Source of the DNA: Clostridia bacterium
GTDB lineage: Bacteria; Bacillota; Clostridia; UBA1381; UBA9506
NCBI GenBank assembly: GCA_045576235.1
Contig: JAZNGA010000030.1
Coordinates: forward strand, 1-64,000
DNA length: 64,000 nucleotides
Direction of reading: 5' to 3'
This document shows, one piece after another, positions 18,164 through 28,506 of the stretch. The translations under genes were made by a program, and so were the position numbers. Position 1 is the stretch's first letter. Every line of letters starts with the position of its first letter. The notes under the pieces were generated by a model, which was not told the origin of the DNA, did no database searches, and worked only from the letters and a program-made list of their open reading frames with translations.

Positions 18164-19888
18164 ATGAAAAAACCATTGTTATCAGAAATGACATTAAGAG
18201 AAAAAATCGGACAGATGCTTGCTCCGATGCATTTTGATGTTTATGGCAAGCCTGAAGCGACTTTTGACTATTCTCAGAGCAACATGGACGAGGTTAAGGC
18301 GCTCTATAGGAAAGAGCAGTTTGGTGTTATCCGTGGTGAGCAGGTTGGCGTTTTCTTTTCAGACCCTGAAAACGGAGGAAAGCCTGAAATAATTGAAGAC
18401 CGTGATGAAGGTCTTCGTCTGGCTGCTTGCAAAGTTAAAGTGAAAGCTGCGCCCTATAAAAAATTCATAGAAAAACATAACACATATGGAAAAGTTCCGA
18501 TGCTTGTCGGCGGCGATTTTACTATTGGTGGCTCATATTATTTTGAAGACAGCTCGCTTATGGTGAATGCAAATGCCATTGCGGCTGCAGATTCTGAAGA
18601 GCTGACTTTTGAGCTTGGCGCGGCGATTGCCCGTCAGATGAGATGCACAGGTCACAACTGGAAATGGTCTCCTCCTGTTGATTTATCAAACAGAAATAAC
18701 ACTCTTTGCATGAGAACTTTTGCAATTGATGACATTGATTGCACAATCAGGCACGCTAAAGCCTACATAGACGGTATTCAATCCGAAGGCGTTGCTGCCT
18801 GCGTGAAGCATTTCCCGAGCGTTGGAAGAGAAGAAGCAAGAGATGGTCACTTTTCATGTCAGGTGAACAGAGGAAGCTTAGAGACCTGGTGGAGTGAGCA
18901 GGGAAAAGTCTATAAAGAAGTCCTTGACGGAGGGGTCTATTCCGTGATGACAAGCCACGCGGCGTTCCCTGCAGTTGACGACAGAATGATTAACGGAAGA
19001 TATGTTCCTTCGACAATCTCGAAAAAGGTTATCACAGACCTATTAAAAGGAGAGCTCGGCTTTAAAGGTGTTGTTTCAACAGATGGAATAGGCATGGCGG
19101 CACTTTTCACCATTCTTCCCTATGAAGAGCTCGTCATCGAGATTGTTAATGCAGGAAACGACATTATCTTAGGTGCTAAACTTCCGACAGGTGACATAAT
19201 TGAAGCAGCTGTTAAAGATGGAAGAATTTCAGAAGAAAGAATCGACGATGCTTGTCAGCGCATTTTAGACATGAAAGAAAAAATCGGCTTGTTTGACGAA
19301 AGCTACTATGACATTCCTTACACAATGGAAGAAGCAGTCGCTGACACAGACAGAATAAGCGCAGAAATTGCAAAAAGAAGCATCACAGTAATTCGTGACA
19401 ACAATAAGCTTCTTCCACTTGATAAGAAAAACATTAAAAAGGTTTCTGTCATCATTTCAACTCATGCAGACGGCTTTGTCAGTGAAATTGAAGAGCTTAA
19501 AAAAGCGTTTAACCAGCGAGGCATTGAGGTCTTTATGAAGCGCCGCTTAGATAACGGGTTTGAGCTTGAGGGAATTGCAGAAAACAGCGATTTAATCATC
19601 TATGCAGCAGATGTTCATCAGCACGGACCTGCGGGATATTTGAGACTTTACGGCGACGAAGCCTACACATATTATCACGCGTTCAAATTTGGCAAAGAAA
19701 AATCGCTCGGCGTTTCCTTCGGCTATCCTTATGTTCACTATGACATAATGGAAGGTGCACCGACATTTTTAAATGCATATAATCCGAGAAAAGAGACGAT
19801 GGAAGCATTTGTCGCAGCAATTTTGGGTGAAATCCCGATTGTCGGCAAATCACCTGTTCTCATAACACCTAGAGCAAACACGAGATAG
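18164..19888 (+). CDS. GH3 paralog 2 (~90% nt identical to paralog 1)
   Basis: Near-identical protein. Own ribosome-binding site, and a terminator hairpin at 18100-18135 upstream. Confidence 0.6.
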   Translation: MKKPLLSEMTLREKIGQMLAPMHFDVYGKPEATFDYSQSNMDEVKALYRKEQFGVIRGEQVGVFFSDPENGGKPEIIEDRDEGLRLAACKVKVKAAPYKKFIEKHNTYGKVPMLVGGDFTIGGSYYFEDSSLMVNANAIAAADSEELTFELGAAIARQMRCTGHNWKWSPPVDLSNRNNTLCMRTFAIDDIDCTIRHAKAYIDGIQSEGVAACVKHFPSVGREEARDGHFSCQVNRGSLETWWSEQGKVYKEVLDGGVYSVMTSHAAFPAVDDRMINGRYVPSTISKKVITDLLKGELGFKGVVSTDGIGMAALFTILPYEELVIEIVNAGNDIILGAKLPTGDIIEAAVKDGRISEERIDDACQRILDMKEKIGLFDESYYDIPYTMEEAVADTDRISAEIAKRSITVIRDNNKLLPLDKKNIKKVSVIISTHADGFVSEIEELKKAFNQRGIEVFMKRRLDNGFELEGIAENSDLIIYAADVHQHGPAGYLRLYGDEAYTYYHAFKFGKEKSLGVSFGYPYVHYDIMEGAPTFLNAYNPRKETMEAFVAAILGEIPIVGKSPVLITPRANTR

Positions 19889-20097
19889 TTAAAGCATACG
19901 ATTTTTTTTGATTTGAAATTTTAGTTTCAAAAATTAATAAAACATTGGTGTTTTTTTCGCAAAAACTATTGCTTTTTTTAAGTTAAATAGTATATAATAT
20001 TTCTTAAGTATGATTATGCTGGTTGGGCAATGTTGTTTTTTAAAAAAGAACGGGCTCATATGAGCACAATAACAAACAAAAACGGAGGAAGATTTTA

Positions 20098-21822
20098 ATG
20101 AAGAAACCATTGTTGTCAGAAATGACACTAAGAGAAAAAATTGGACAGATGCTCGCACCGATGCACTGGGATGTCTATGGCAAGAACGAAAGGGCATATG
20201 ACTATTCTCAGAGCGACATCAGTGATGTTAAGGCTCTCTATGAAAAAGAGCAATTTGGTGTTATTCGCGGAGAGCAGGTTGGCGTTTTCTATGCAGACCC
20301 TGAAAATAACGGTAAGGTAGAAAAGGTTGAAGGCAATATTGAAGGCTTTATAATGGCAAATTTCTCACTTAAAACATATGCCGATGAATATAAGAAATTC
20401 ATAGAAAAACATAACACATACGGAAAAATTCCTCTTCTTGTCGGTGGCGATTTCGGCGCAGGTGCCGCACATGTTTTTAAAGATGGCAGCTGGATGGTTA
20501 ACGCCAATGCCATTGGTGCCGCTGATTCAGAAGAGCTCACTTTTGAATTAGGTGCCGCAATTGCTCGTCAGATGAAATGCACAGGACATAACTGGAGATG
20601 GGCTCCGCCTGTTGACTTGTCAAACAGAAATAACACAATTTGCATGAGAACCTTTGCAATTGACGATGTTGAGAGAACAGTGAGACTCTCAAAAGCATAC
20701 ATAAAAGGTATGCAGTCTGAAGGTGTTGCAGCCTGCGCTAAGCATTTCCCGAGCGAAGGAAGAATTGAAGCAAGAGATGCTCATCTTTCAGCAACATCAA
20801 ACACAGACAGCTTAGAGACATGGTGGGGCGAGCAGGGAAAAGTGTTTAAAGAAATGATTGACGCAGGAGTTTATTCTGTCATGGTAGGACATCAGTCATT
20901 CCCTGCAGTTGATGACAGAAAGATGGACGGAAGATATGTTCCTTCGACAATCTCCAAAAAAGTTATAACAGACCTCTTAAAAGGAGAGCTTGGCTTTAAA
21001 GGTGTTGTTGTGACAGACGGAATCGGCATGGCAGCGCTCTTTAGCCTTATGCCATATGACCAGCTTATCGTAGAACTCGTTAATGCAGGAAACGACATCA
21101 TCTTAGGTGCAAAACTTCCTTCGGGCGACTTGATCGAAGCTGCTGTTAAAGACGGAAGAATTTCCGAAGAAAGAATCAACGATGCTTGTCAGAGAATTCT
21201 TGACATGAAAGAAAAAATCGGTCTTTTTGAAGAAGACTACGGCAAGCTTTCCTACACGATGGAAGAAGCAGTTAAAGACACATTGAGAATAAGCGAAGAG
21301 ATTGCTAAGCGAAGCATAACACTCGTTCGCGACAGATATGGCATTCTTCCGCTTGAAAAGAAAAACATCAAAAAGGTTTCTGTCATCATTTCAACTCATG
21401 CAGAAGGTTTTGTTGAGCAGCTTGAAGAGCTCAAAAAATCATTTGCAAAGCGTGGCATTGAGGTTTATATGCAGCGTAGGTTAAAGAGCGCGTTTGAACT
21501 TAAAGAAATTTCAGATTCAAGCGATTTAATCATCTATGCAGCAGATGTTCATATGCACGCGCCTGCAGGTCTCATGAGACTCTATGGCGACGAAGCCTAC
21601 ACATATTATCACGCATTTAACCACGGAAAAGAAAAATCAATTGGCGTTTCTTTTGGCTATCCATATGTTCACTATGACACAATGGAAAATGCGCCTGCAT
21701 TCATAAATGCATATAACGCACTACCTGAAACAATGGAAGCATTTGTTGCAGCAATTTTGGGTGAAATCGAAATTGTCGGAAAGACACCTGTTCTTTTAGA
21801 GCCAAGAATAGCAACAAGATAA
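20098..21822 (+). CDS. GH3 paralog 3 (more diverged)
   Basis: Same length and motifs. Upstream region shares caaaaactattg...taaata(a/g)tatataat with paralog 1. Confidence 0.6.
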   Translation: MKKPLLSEMTLREKIGQMLAPMHWDVYGKNERAYDYSQSDISDVKALYEKEQFGVIRGEQVGVFYADPENNGKVEKVEGNIEGFIMANFSLKTYADEYKKFIEKHNTYGKIPLLVGGDFGAGAAHVFKDGSWMVNANAIGAADSEELTFELGAAIARQMKCTGHNWRWAPPVDLSNRNNTICMRTFAIDDVERTVRLSKAYIKGMQSEGVAACAKHFPSEGRIEARDAHLSATSNTDSLETWWGEQGKVFKEMIDAGVYSVMVGHQSFPAVDDRKMDGRYVPSTISKKVITDLLKGELGFKGVVVTDGIGMAALFSLMPYDQLIVELVNAGNDIILGAKLPSGDLIEAAVKDGRISEERINDACQRILDMKEKIGLFEEDYGKLSYTMEEAVKDTLRISEEIAKRSITLVRDRYGILPLEKKNIKKVSVIISTHAEGFVEQLEELKKSFAKRGIEVYMQRRLKSAFELKEISDSSDLIIYAADVHMHAPAGLMRLYGDEAYTYYHAFNHGKEKSIGVSFGYPYVHYDTMENAPAFINAYNALPETMEAFVAAILGEIEIVGKTPVLLEPRIATR

Positions 21823-21848
21823 TTTATTAAAACGGAGGAAGCAAGACT

Positions 21849-22916
21849 ATGAAACATATGGACTATCTTAACATACCGATATCAGACAGCCATATACATA
21901 TTTTCTGGGCAATGCCCCTTGAAAAAAGATTAGAGCTTTTAGACAGAATCATGGAAGAGCATAATTACGACACAGCAACGATTTTGACGCTACCCATAAA
22001 TTCAGCAAGAAAGGTTAAATCGCGTGACTTTCTTGAGAATTTGAGAGCTTTTTATGTGAAAAGCAAAAGACCTGACAAAATCTACGCTTTTTCAGGCTTT
22101 TCTCACTATTGCGACAATTCTAAAAACACGCCTGAGTTCTATTTGAAGCAGGCAGAGTTTTATATGGCTGCAGGCTTTGATGGTCTTAAAATGATTGAAG
22201 GGAGACCAAACCAGAGATATGTCTTAGGTCATGGCTATGACGACAGCCGCTACTATCTCATGTATGAATATGCGGAAAAGAACGGAATCCCGCTCGTTAT
22301 CCACACATCAGCCTGGGAAGAGCTCTGGAAAGAAGGCGGCTATTTTGCAGATCAGCCGATGCACTATTTTGATTATTATAAAGAAGTTGACAGCTGGATG
22401 TCAAAATTCCCCAAGCTCAAAGTCACATTTGCCCACATGAACTTCGTGACGGGGCACATTGATCTTGCGGCAGAGCTTTTGGATAAATATGAAAATGCAT
22501 ATTATGATTTGACGCCAAATCAGTTTATGTTCTTGGATTTCCAGAAAAAGCCTGATGAGTGGAGAGAATTCTTCATAAAATATCAGGACAGAATCATCTA
22601 CGGAACAGACATCGGCTCAAGCCCGATGGATTTAGACGGAACTGAAGCAGACGATCTTGTTTACATGGTCAGAGGATTCTTTGAAGAAACAAAGCCATAT
22701 AGCGTTTTAGGATATGATTTCAATCCAATTCAGCTTGATGAAAGCATCTTGAGAAAGTTCTATAAAGACAACATGATGAAATTCTATGATGGAAAGGCTC
22801 CGAAGCCTGTTGTTCCTTCTGTCATGAAACAGGAATTTGATGATGTTATGAAATTGAGACTTTTGCTTGATGTCAGTGAGGTTGCTGACATGGAGCTGAT
22901 AAAAACGGTGCTTTAA
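21849..22916 (+). CDS. Amidohydrolase-family (TIM-barrel metal-dependent hydrolase) protein
   Basis: N-terminal SDSHIHIF (HxH) metal-binding motif. Confidence 0.45.
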   Translation: MKHMDYLNIPISDSHIHIFWAMPLEKRLELLDRIMEEHNYDTATILTLPINSARKVKSRDFLENLRAFYVKSKRPDKIYAFSGFSHYCDNSKNTPEFYLKQAEFYMAAGFDGLKMIEGRPNQRYVLGHGYDDSRYYLMYEYAEKNGIPLVIHTSAWEELWKEGGYFADQPMHYFDYYKEVDSWMSKFPKLKVTFAHMNFVTGHIDLAAELLDKYENAYYDLTPNQFMFLDFQKKPDEWREFFIKYQDRIIYGTDIGSSPMDLDGTEADDLVYMVRGFFEETKPYSVLGYDFNPIQLDESILRKFYKDNMMKFYDGKAPKPVVPSVMKQEFDDVMKLRLLLDVSEVADMELIKTVL

Positions 22917-22979
22917 TTCTAAATTGAACTTATTAAATATAAATAACATAAAAAATATAAAGGTAGGAAGTGACAAGAG

Positions 22980-24026
22980 ATGAAAATGACTTTTCGTTGG
23001 TATGGAGAAGACGACTCCATAACACTCGACAAAATCAGACAAATTCCATGCATGACCGGAGTTGTCACAGCTGTTTATTCCGTTCCTGTTGGTGAGGTTT
23101 GGCCGCAGGAAGAAATAGACAAAATGAAAAAGCTTGTAAATGACAAAGGTCTTGAAATGGAAGTCATTGAAAGTGTCCCCGTTCACGAGGATATAAAGCT
23201 GAAGAGAGGAAACTATCAGCTTTATATTGATAACTATAAGGAAAACATCAGAAGGCTTGCAAAAGCAGGGGTTAAGTGTATTTGCTATAACTTTATGCCC
23301 GTGTTTGACTGGACTCGTTCGCGCCTTGATCAGCCGCTCGAGGATGGCTCAAATGCTCTTGTATATTACAAAGAAGATGTTGACAAGATGGACCCGACAA
23401 AGATGACTCTTCCAGGTTGGGATGCATCCTACACTCCTGATGAAATCAGCGGTCTTGTTGACAGCTATAAAGAAATCGGAGAAGAAGGTCTCTGGAAAAA
23501 CCTTGAATATTTCATAAAAGAAATTATGCCTGTCGCTGTTGAATGTGATGTCGATATGGCGATTCATCCGGACGATCCGCCCTGGCCGATTTTCGGCATT
23601 CCGAGAATTATCACAACAGAGGAAAACATCGACAGATTCTTAAAGATTTATGATGATAAGCATCATGGACTCACTCTCTGCTCGGGAAGCCTCGGTTGCG
23701 CCAAATTCAATGACTATGTTGCTATGGTCAGAAAATATGGCAAAATGGGAAGAATTCACTTTGCTCATGTGAGAAATATCAAGATTTTAGAAGATGGTTC
23801 ATTTGAGGAAAGCGGTCATCTGTCCTGCAAAGGCTCTCTTGATGTTGTCGAAATTTTAAAGGCATATCACGAAACAGGCTTTAAAGGATATCTCCGTCCT
23901 GACCACGGAAGAATGATCTGGGGAGAGACAGGAAAACCAGGCTATGGCCTTTATGACAGAGCGTTAGGCGCTATGTATATGGCGGGAATCTGGGAGACAT
24001 TGGAAAAGGAGAGCTTAAAGAAATGA
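22980..24026 (+). CDS. uxuA: Mannonate dehydratase
   Basis: MKMTFRWYGEDD N-terminus and overall UxuA-like sequence, 348 aa. Confidence 0.7.
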   Translation: MKMTFRWYGEDDSITLDKIRQIPCMTGVVTAVYSVPVGEVWPQEEIDKMKKLVNDKGLEMEVIESVPVHEDIKLKRGNYQLYIDNYKENIRRLAKAGVKCICYNFMPVFDWTRSRLDQPLEDGSNALVYYKEDVDKMDPTKMTLPGWDASYTPDEISGLVDSYKEIGEEGLWKNLEYFIKEIMPVAVECDVDMAIHPDDPPWPIFGIPRIITTEENIDRFLKIYDDKHHGLTLCSGSLGCAKFNDYVAMVRKYGKMGRIHFAHVRNIKILEDGSFEESGHLSCKGSLDVVEILKAYHETGFKGYLRPDHGRMIWGETGKPGYGLYDRALGAMYMAGIWETLEKESLKK

Positions 24027-24874
24027 AAATACCATTTGATATAGACTTAAAAGATAAAGTGTGTGTTGTGACAGGTGGCGGCGGCGTGCTTTGCTCGACA
24101 TTTGCTCAGGCAATAGCAAAATGCGGCGCTAAGGTTGCTGTTTTAGATTTAAGAAAAGAAGCGGCAGACACAGTTGCAGAAGAAATCAAAGCAGAAGGCG
24201 GCGTTGCTATTGGTGTCAGCGCAAATGTGCTTGATAAAGCAAGCCTGGAGGACGCTAAAAAGGTGGTTAATGAAGCTTTGGGCTCTTGCGACATTTTGAT
24301 AAATGGCGCAGGCGGAAACAACCCAAGAGGAACGACAAGCTTAGAATATTATAACATCGGCGATGAAGAAAAAGAAGACATTGTTTCATTTTTCGATTTA
24401 GATCCCGATGGTGTGTCGTTTGTGTTTAACTTAAACTTTTTGGGAACGCTTCTTCCGACTCAGGTTTTCGTGCCTGATATGATTGGAAAGAGTGATGCAT
24501 GCATTTTAAACATTTCTTCAATGAATGCATTCACACCGCTCACAAAAATCCCTGCATATTCAGGAGCTAAAGCTGCAATTTCAAACTTCACTCAGTGGCT
24601 CGCAGTTCATTTTTCAAAGGTCGGCATAAGAGTCAATGCCATCGCACCTGGCTTTTTTGCAACAAACCAGAACAGAGCATTGCTCTTTGATGATAAAGGA
24701 AACTACACAGAACGCTCCAAGAAAATTCTTTCACAGACTCCCATGGGTCGTTTTGGTGAAACAGAGGAGCTTATCGGCGCTCTGTTGTTCCTTCTTTCAA
24801 ATGAGGCAGCTTCGTTCGTTAATGGTGTTGTAATTCCCGTTGACGGTGGTTTTTCAGCTTATAGCGGAGTTTAA
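24023..24874 (+). CDS. SDR-family oxidoreductase (likely D-mannonate/fructuronate reductase, UxuB-like)
   Basis: TGGGGVLC Rossmann motif and YSGAK catalytic motif. Translationally coupled to uxuA. Confidence 0.6.
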   Translation: MKIPFDIDLKDKVCVVTGGGGVLCSTFAQAIAKCGAKVAVLDLRKEAADTVAEEIKAEGGVAIGVSANVLDKASLEDAKKVVNEALGSCDILINGAGGNNPRGTTSLEYYNIGDEEKEDIVSFFDLDPDGVSFVFNLNFLGTLLPTQVFVPDMIGKSDACILNISSMNAFTPLTKIPAYSGAKAAISNFTQWLAVHFSKVGIRVNAIAPGFFATNQNRALLFDDKGNYTERSKKILSQTPMGRFGETEELIGALLFLLSNEAASFVNGVVIPVDGGFSAYSGV

Positions 24875-24963
24875 TAAAAATCTTAAAATTTTTTCATACC
24901 GGTATTGCGTGCAGTGCCGGTATGAGTTTTGATTTGAGAAAAACTTTTTTGGAGGAGAAAAAG

Positions 24964-25593
24964 ATGAAAACAATATTGTTTCAGGGAGATTCAATAACTG
25001 ATGCGGGCCGCATAAGAGAAAGAGATTTTAATTCAGGATTTGGCTATGCTCATCTCGTTAAGGCGGAAATGAATTTTGATTATCCTGAGGAATTTAATTT
25101 TATTAACAGAGGAATAAGCGGAAACAGAGTTGTTGACCTATATTGCAGAATAAAAAGCGACATAATAAATTTAAAGCCGGATGTTATGAGCATACTCATT
25201 GGCGTGAATGATGTGTGGCACGAAATTGGTCATCAGAACGGGGTAGATGCAGAAAAGTATTTTAAAATCTACTGCATGCTGATAGAGGAAATCAAAGAAG
25301 CTCTTCCCGATGTGAAAATAATGATTTTAGAGCCTTTTACATTAAAAGGAGTTGCTACAGAGGAGCATTGGGACGAATTTAGGGGAGAGACTGAAAAAAG
25401 AGCAGAAAAAGCAAAGCTGGTTGCAGAAAAATATAATCTTAAATTTATTCCTCTCCAGAAAAAGTTTGATGAGCTTGCAGAAAAGACTTCATCAGAATAT
25501 TGGCTCTATGACGGTGTTCATCCCATAGAGGCAGGACACGAATTTATTAAAAGAGAATGGATTAAGGCATTTAAAGAAATAAACAATATGTAA
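24964..25593 (+). CDS. SGNH/GDSL hydrolase
   Basis: GDSITD block I, GxND block III, DGVHP block V. Confidence 0.65.
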   Translation: MKTILFQGDSITDAGRIRERDFNSGFGYAHLVKAEMNFDYPEEFNFINRGISGNRVVDLYCRIKSDIINLKPDVMSILIGVNDVWHEIGHQNGVDAEKYFKIYCMLIEEIKEALPDVKIMILEPFTLKGVATEEHWDEFRGETEKRAEKAKLVAEKYNLKFIPLQKKFDELAEKTSSEYWLYDGVHPIEAGHEFIKREWIKAFKEINNM

Positions 25594-25994
25594 TAGGGAC
25601 TGTAGATAATAGCACAGACAGTAAACTTCAACCACTCAACTTCGCTAAAAATAGCTTGTTTCGTGGGAAGTTCTTGAATGGGTGTTGTTAACGAAATCAA
25701 AGATTTCGACAACACTCCAACCACACAAGGCAAGAAAATGACTTAAAAGCCACTTGAACTATATAGTTATTATTAGAATAACATAAAATTTAGGGAAGAA
25801 ATTCGTTATAAGACGAATTTCTTTTCTTTTTATTGCCTTGCGTTTCGAACAAACTTCACCTCTCGGCGTACCACCGTACGCCTTCGTGTAACCCCTTTGG
25901 GTTCAGTTTGTCCAATCTGCGCTATTTTCCGTCCAGCCAAAAAGGAACTGTAGCAAAATGAGTTTATTTTGCTACAGTTCCTTTGAAAAAGTTA

Positions 25995-27581
25995 TCATTC
26001 AAAGGGTTTAAATTTTTTCATGATTTTTTCAGCGACATTGAGCCCATCAACTGCGGCGCTCATAATTCCTCCTGCATAGCCTGCGCCCTCTCCGCAAGGA
26101 TAGAGGCCTTTTAGAGAAGTGCTTTCTCCGTTTTCGTTTCGCAAAATTCTGACAGGCGCGCTCGTTCTTGTTTCGATGCCTGTCAAAACAGAATCTTTTG
26201 AGTCAAAGCCTTTAATTTTTGTGCCAAAATAGGGAATTGCATCACTGAGCACGCGGTTGACATTTTTCGGAAGGCAATCGTGTAGATTGGCGTTGGTCAC
26301 TCCGCACGAAAAGCTCGGCACGACTTTGCCAAAAGATGTGGTTTTTCTGTTTTTCAGAAAGTCTTCGGTTTTCTGTGCCGGAGCGGAGTAGTTTCTGCCT
26401 CCTGAAAGAAAAGCCGCCCTTTCAAGCTTTTGTTGAAATCTTATGCCTGAAAGCGGATGAGAGCTTTCAAAATCGCTTTCGCAGACATTGACACAAAGTG
26501 CGCTGTTTGAATTCCTTTCATTTCGTGCGTGATAGCTCATGCCATTTGTCACAACGGTTTCTTCTTCAGATGCCGCCTGCACAACGACACCACCGGGGCA
26601 CATACAAAAAGAATAACATCGGTCAGCACCGTTTTTATATGAAAGCTGATATGGTGCTGCACCTAAAGCAGGATGAGAAGCAAAATCGCCATACAATGCT
26701 TTGTCAATGTCTTCTCTTAAATGTTCAATTCTCACGCCAACAGAAAATGGCTTTATGACCATATCAATTCCTTCTGAAAGCAGCATTTCATAAGTGTCTC
26801 TTGCGCTGTGACCTATTGCCAGACACAAAACATCAGTTTCAATTTCGTTTCCGTCAGAAAGTGTGATTTTCTGAATTTTTCCGAAATTCTGATGCACGCG
26901 GCATAGCTTGGTGTTGAAAAAAACATCTCCGCCTTTTGAAATGATTTCTTCTCTTAAATTTTTCACAACAACAGCTAAAACATCAGTTCCGATATGAGGC
27001 TTAGCCTTATAGCAGATGTCACTGTCTGCACCATGTTTAACGAAGTCGTGAAGTATGTCATTGATTTTTTTATCATTTATTCTTGTTGTCAGCTTGCCGT
27101 CGGAAAATGTTCCTGCACCGCCTTCGCCAAACTGAACATTAGAGTCTGCATCAAAAACCTTGTTTTCCCAAAAATTTTTCACCTTTTTTGTTCTTTCTGT
27201 GATATTGCTCCCTCGCTCAATTAAAATCGGTCTGTAGCCGCATCGTGCTAAAGAAAGTGCGCAAAACAAGCCTGCAGGACCTGAACCAACGACAACAGGG
27301 CGATTTTTTAAAGGCTCGCTTCCAAAAGAAATTTCTTCCTTTTCTTCATCATTTACATAAATAATGTCAGAGCTTTTTTTGATGTTTTTTTCGTCCTTAA
27401 GCTTAAAAAGGAGACTATAGACAAAGGAAACATCCTTCTTTCGTGCATCAATTGACTGTTTCAAAATTTTGAATGAAAGACAGTCGTGTTCGGTTTTTGA
27501 TAGCTTTTTTAAACCGATTTCAATCAGTTCTTCAACAGATGTTTCAATCGGAACTTTAATGTTATTAATCTGGACAGACAT
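25995..27581 (-). CDS. FAD-dependent protein (COG2509-like dehydrogenase)
   Basis: VVVGSGPAGLFCA dinucleotide-binding motif. Ribosome-binding site aaaggtga before ATG 27581. Bidirectional terminator at 25953-25990. Confidence 0.6.
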   Translation of the reverse strand: MSVQINNIKVPIETSVEELIEIGLKKLSKTEHDCLSFKILKQSIDARKKDVSFVYSLLFKLKDEKNIKKSSDIIYVNDEEKEEISFGSEPLKNRPVVVGSGPAGLFCALSLARCGYRPILIERGSNITERTKKVKNFWENKVFDADSNVQFGEGGAGTFSDGKLTTRINDKKINDILHDFVKHGADSDICYKAKPHIGTDVLAVVVKNLREEIISKGGDVFFNTKLCRVHQNFGKIQKITLSDGNEIETDVLCLAIGHSARDTYEMLLSEGIDMVIKPFSVGVRIEHLREDIDKALYGDFASHPALGAAPYQLSYKNGADRCYSFCMCPGGVVVQAASEEETVVTNGMSYHARNERNSNSALCVNVCESDFESSHPLSGIRFQQKLERAAFLSGGRNYSAPAQKTEDFLKNRKTTSFGKVVPSFSCGVTNANLHDCLPKNVNRVLSDAIPYFGTKIKGFDSKDSVLTGIETRTSAPVRILRNENGESTSLKGLYPCGEGAGYAGGIMSAAVDGLNVAEKIMKKFKPFE

Positions 27582-27585
27582 CAAA

Positions 27586-28347
27586 TCACCTTTTGTAAAT
27601 TTTATTATATGCACTCAGAAGATATGAAACAACATAGCTCTGGAGAGTTGTGATAATACATTCTTCAATGAAACGAGGAATGTAGAAAATCATAAAACCA
27701 TTTTTGCTGAGTGTGGGAATGAAAATCATTAAAATAAATGTGTTAAGCGTGGTCACAATTATATTGGCAATGAAAAGCACAGTGAAAAGCTTCATAAAAT
27801 TATCGGGAATAGACAGTTTCTTCTTTAAAAGCTTGTCAAGGAAGAAAAGAACAGGGAAAAGCGCACCTGCAATAGTTAATCCGACAGTCATAAGGACTGT
27901 CTTTTTTCCAAATGACAAAAGCCACGCGGAATATTTCAAATCAGGCAAAAGTGAAGAAAAGCACCAGTTTATTATCCCGAAAATAAATATTAAAGAAAAA
28001 ATGCTCAAGAAAATTTTCTTAAAAAGACTGTCGCTAATGTTTTTGAGAGTTTTCCATAAAAGACCGCAGAGCACGCCTCCTAAAATTGCAGTCACCGTAA
28101 GCAGTGGAATATATCCGCCGTCAGGCTTTATTATGTATGCTAAAACATCGGTCACGCCTTCTGCAATCCCTCCGAAAAGCGGGCCGAACAGGAGAGCGGG
28201 AAGCTTGGAAAAGAAAACGGAAATTCCAATTCGCAGGCCTGCGCCACCGCTGAAATAGAGCATATAGCTGAAGTTGCGCAAGACTAAAGTGATAGCGATG
28301 AGAAGCGATGTTTGAATGATTTGCTTGAGTGGTATGTTTTTTTGCAT
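27586..28347 (-). CDS. folT: ECF transporter S component, folate family (FolT-like)
   Basis: 6-TM protein with LLFGPLFGG...AEGVTD region typical of FolT. Preceded by a THF riboswitch. Confidence 0.55.
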   Translation of the reverse strand: MQKNIPLKQIIQTSLLIAITLVLRNFSYMLYFSGGAGLRIGISVFFSKLPALLFGPLFGGIAEGVTDVLAYIIKPDGGYIPLLTVTAILGGVLCGLLWKTLKNISDSLFKKIFLSIFSLIFIFGIINWCFSSLLPDLKYSAWLLSFGKKTVLMTVGLTIAGALFPVLFFLDKLLKKKLSIPDNFMKLFTVLFIANIIVTTLNTFILMIFIPTLSKNGFMIFYIPRFIEECIITTLQSYVVSYLLSAYNKIYKR

Positions 28348-28412
28348 AAAAAAATCCCCTTTTCGTTTGTAAATTAGCAGGGGCTGTTATAAAAATATGA
28401 CATTTTTAAAAA

Positions 28413-28506
28413 CAGCGGATGGAAGCATTACACCGCAAGGCTAAGCCTTTTCGTCCGAAAACTATACTCCCATTTTTCGGCACTTAACGCGTAATGTCTG
28501 CTCTGC
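28413..28506 (-). promoter_or_regulatory. THF (tetrahydrofolate) riboswitch aptamer in the folT leader
   Basis: Minus strand reads GCAGAGCAGACAUUACGCGUUAAGUGCCG...AUGGGAG...CGGACGAAAAG...GCGGUGUAAUGCUUCCAUCCGCUG, matching the THF-I core remembered from the E. siraeum folT RNA (CGCGUUAAGUG, GGGAG, CAUCCGCU). Promoter TTGACA-17-TATAAT at 28524-28552 (minus). Terminator-like hairpin with U7 at 28350-28386 overlaps the ribosome-binding site. Confidence 0.75.
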
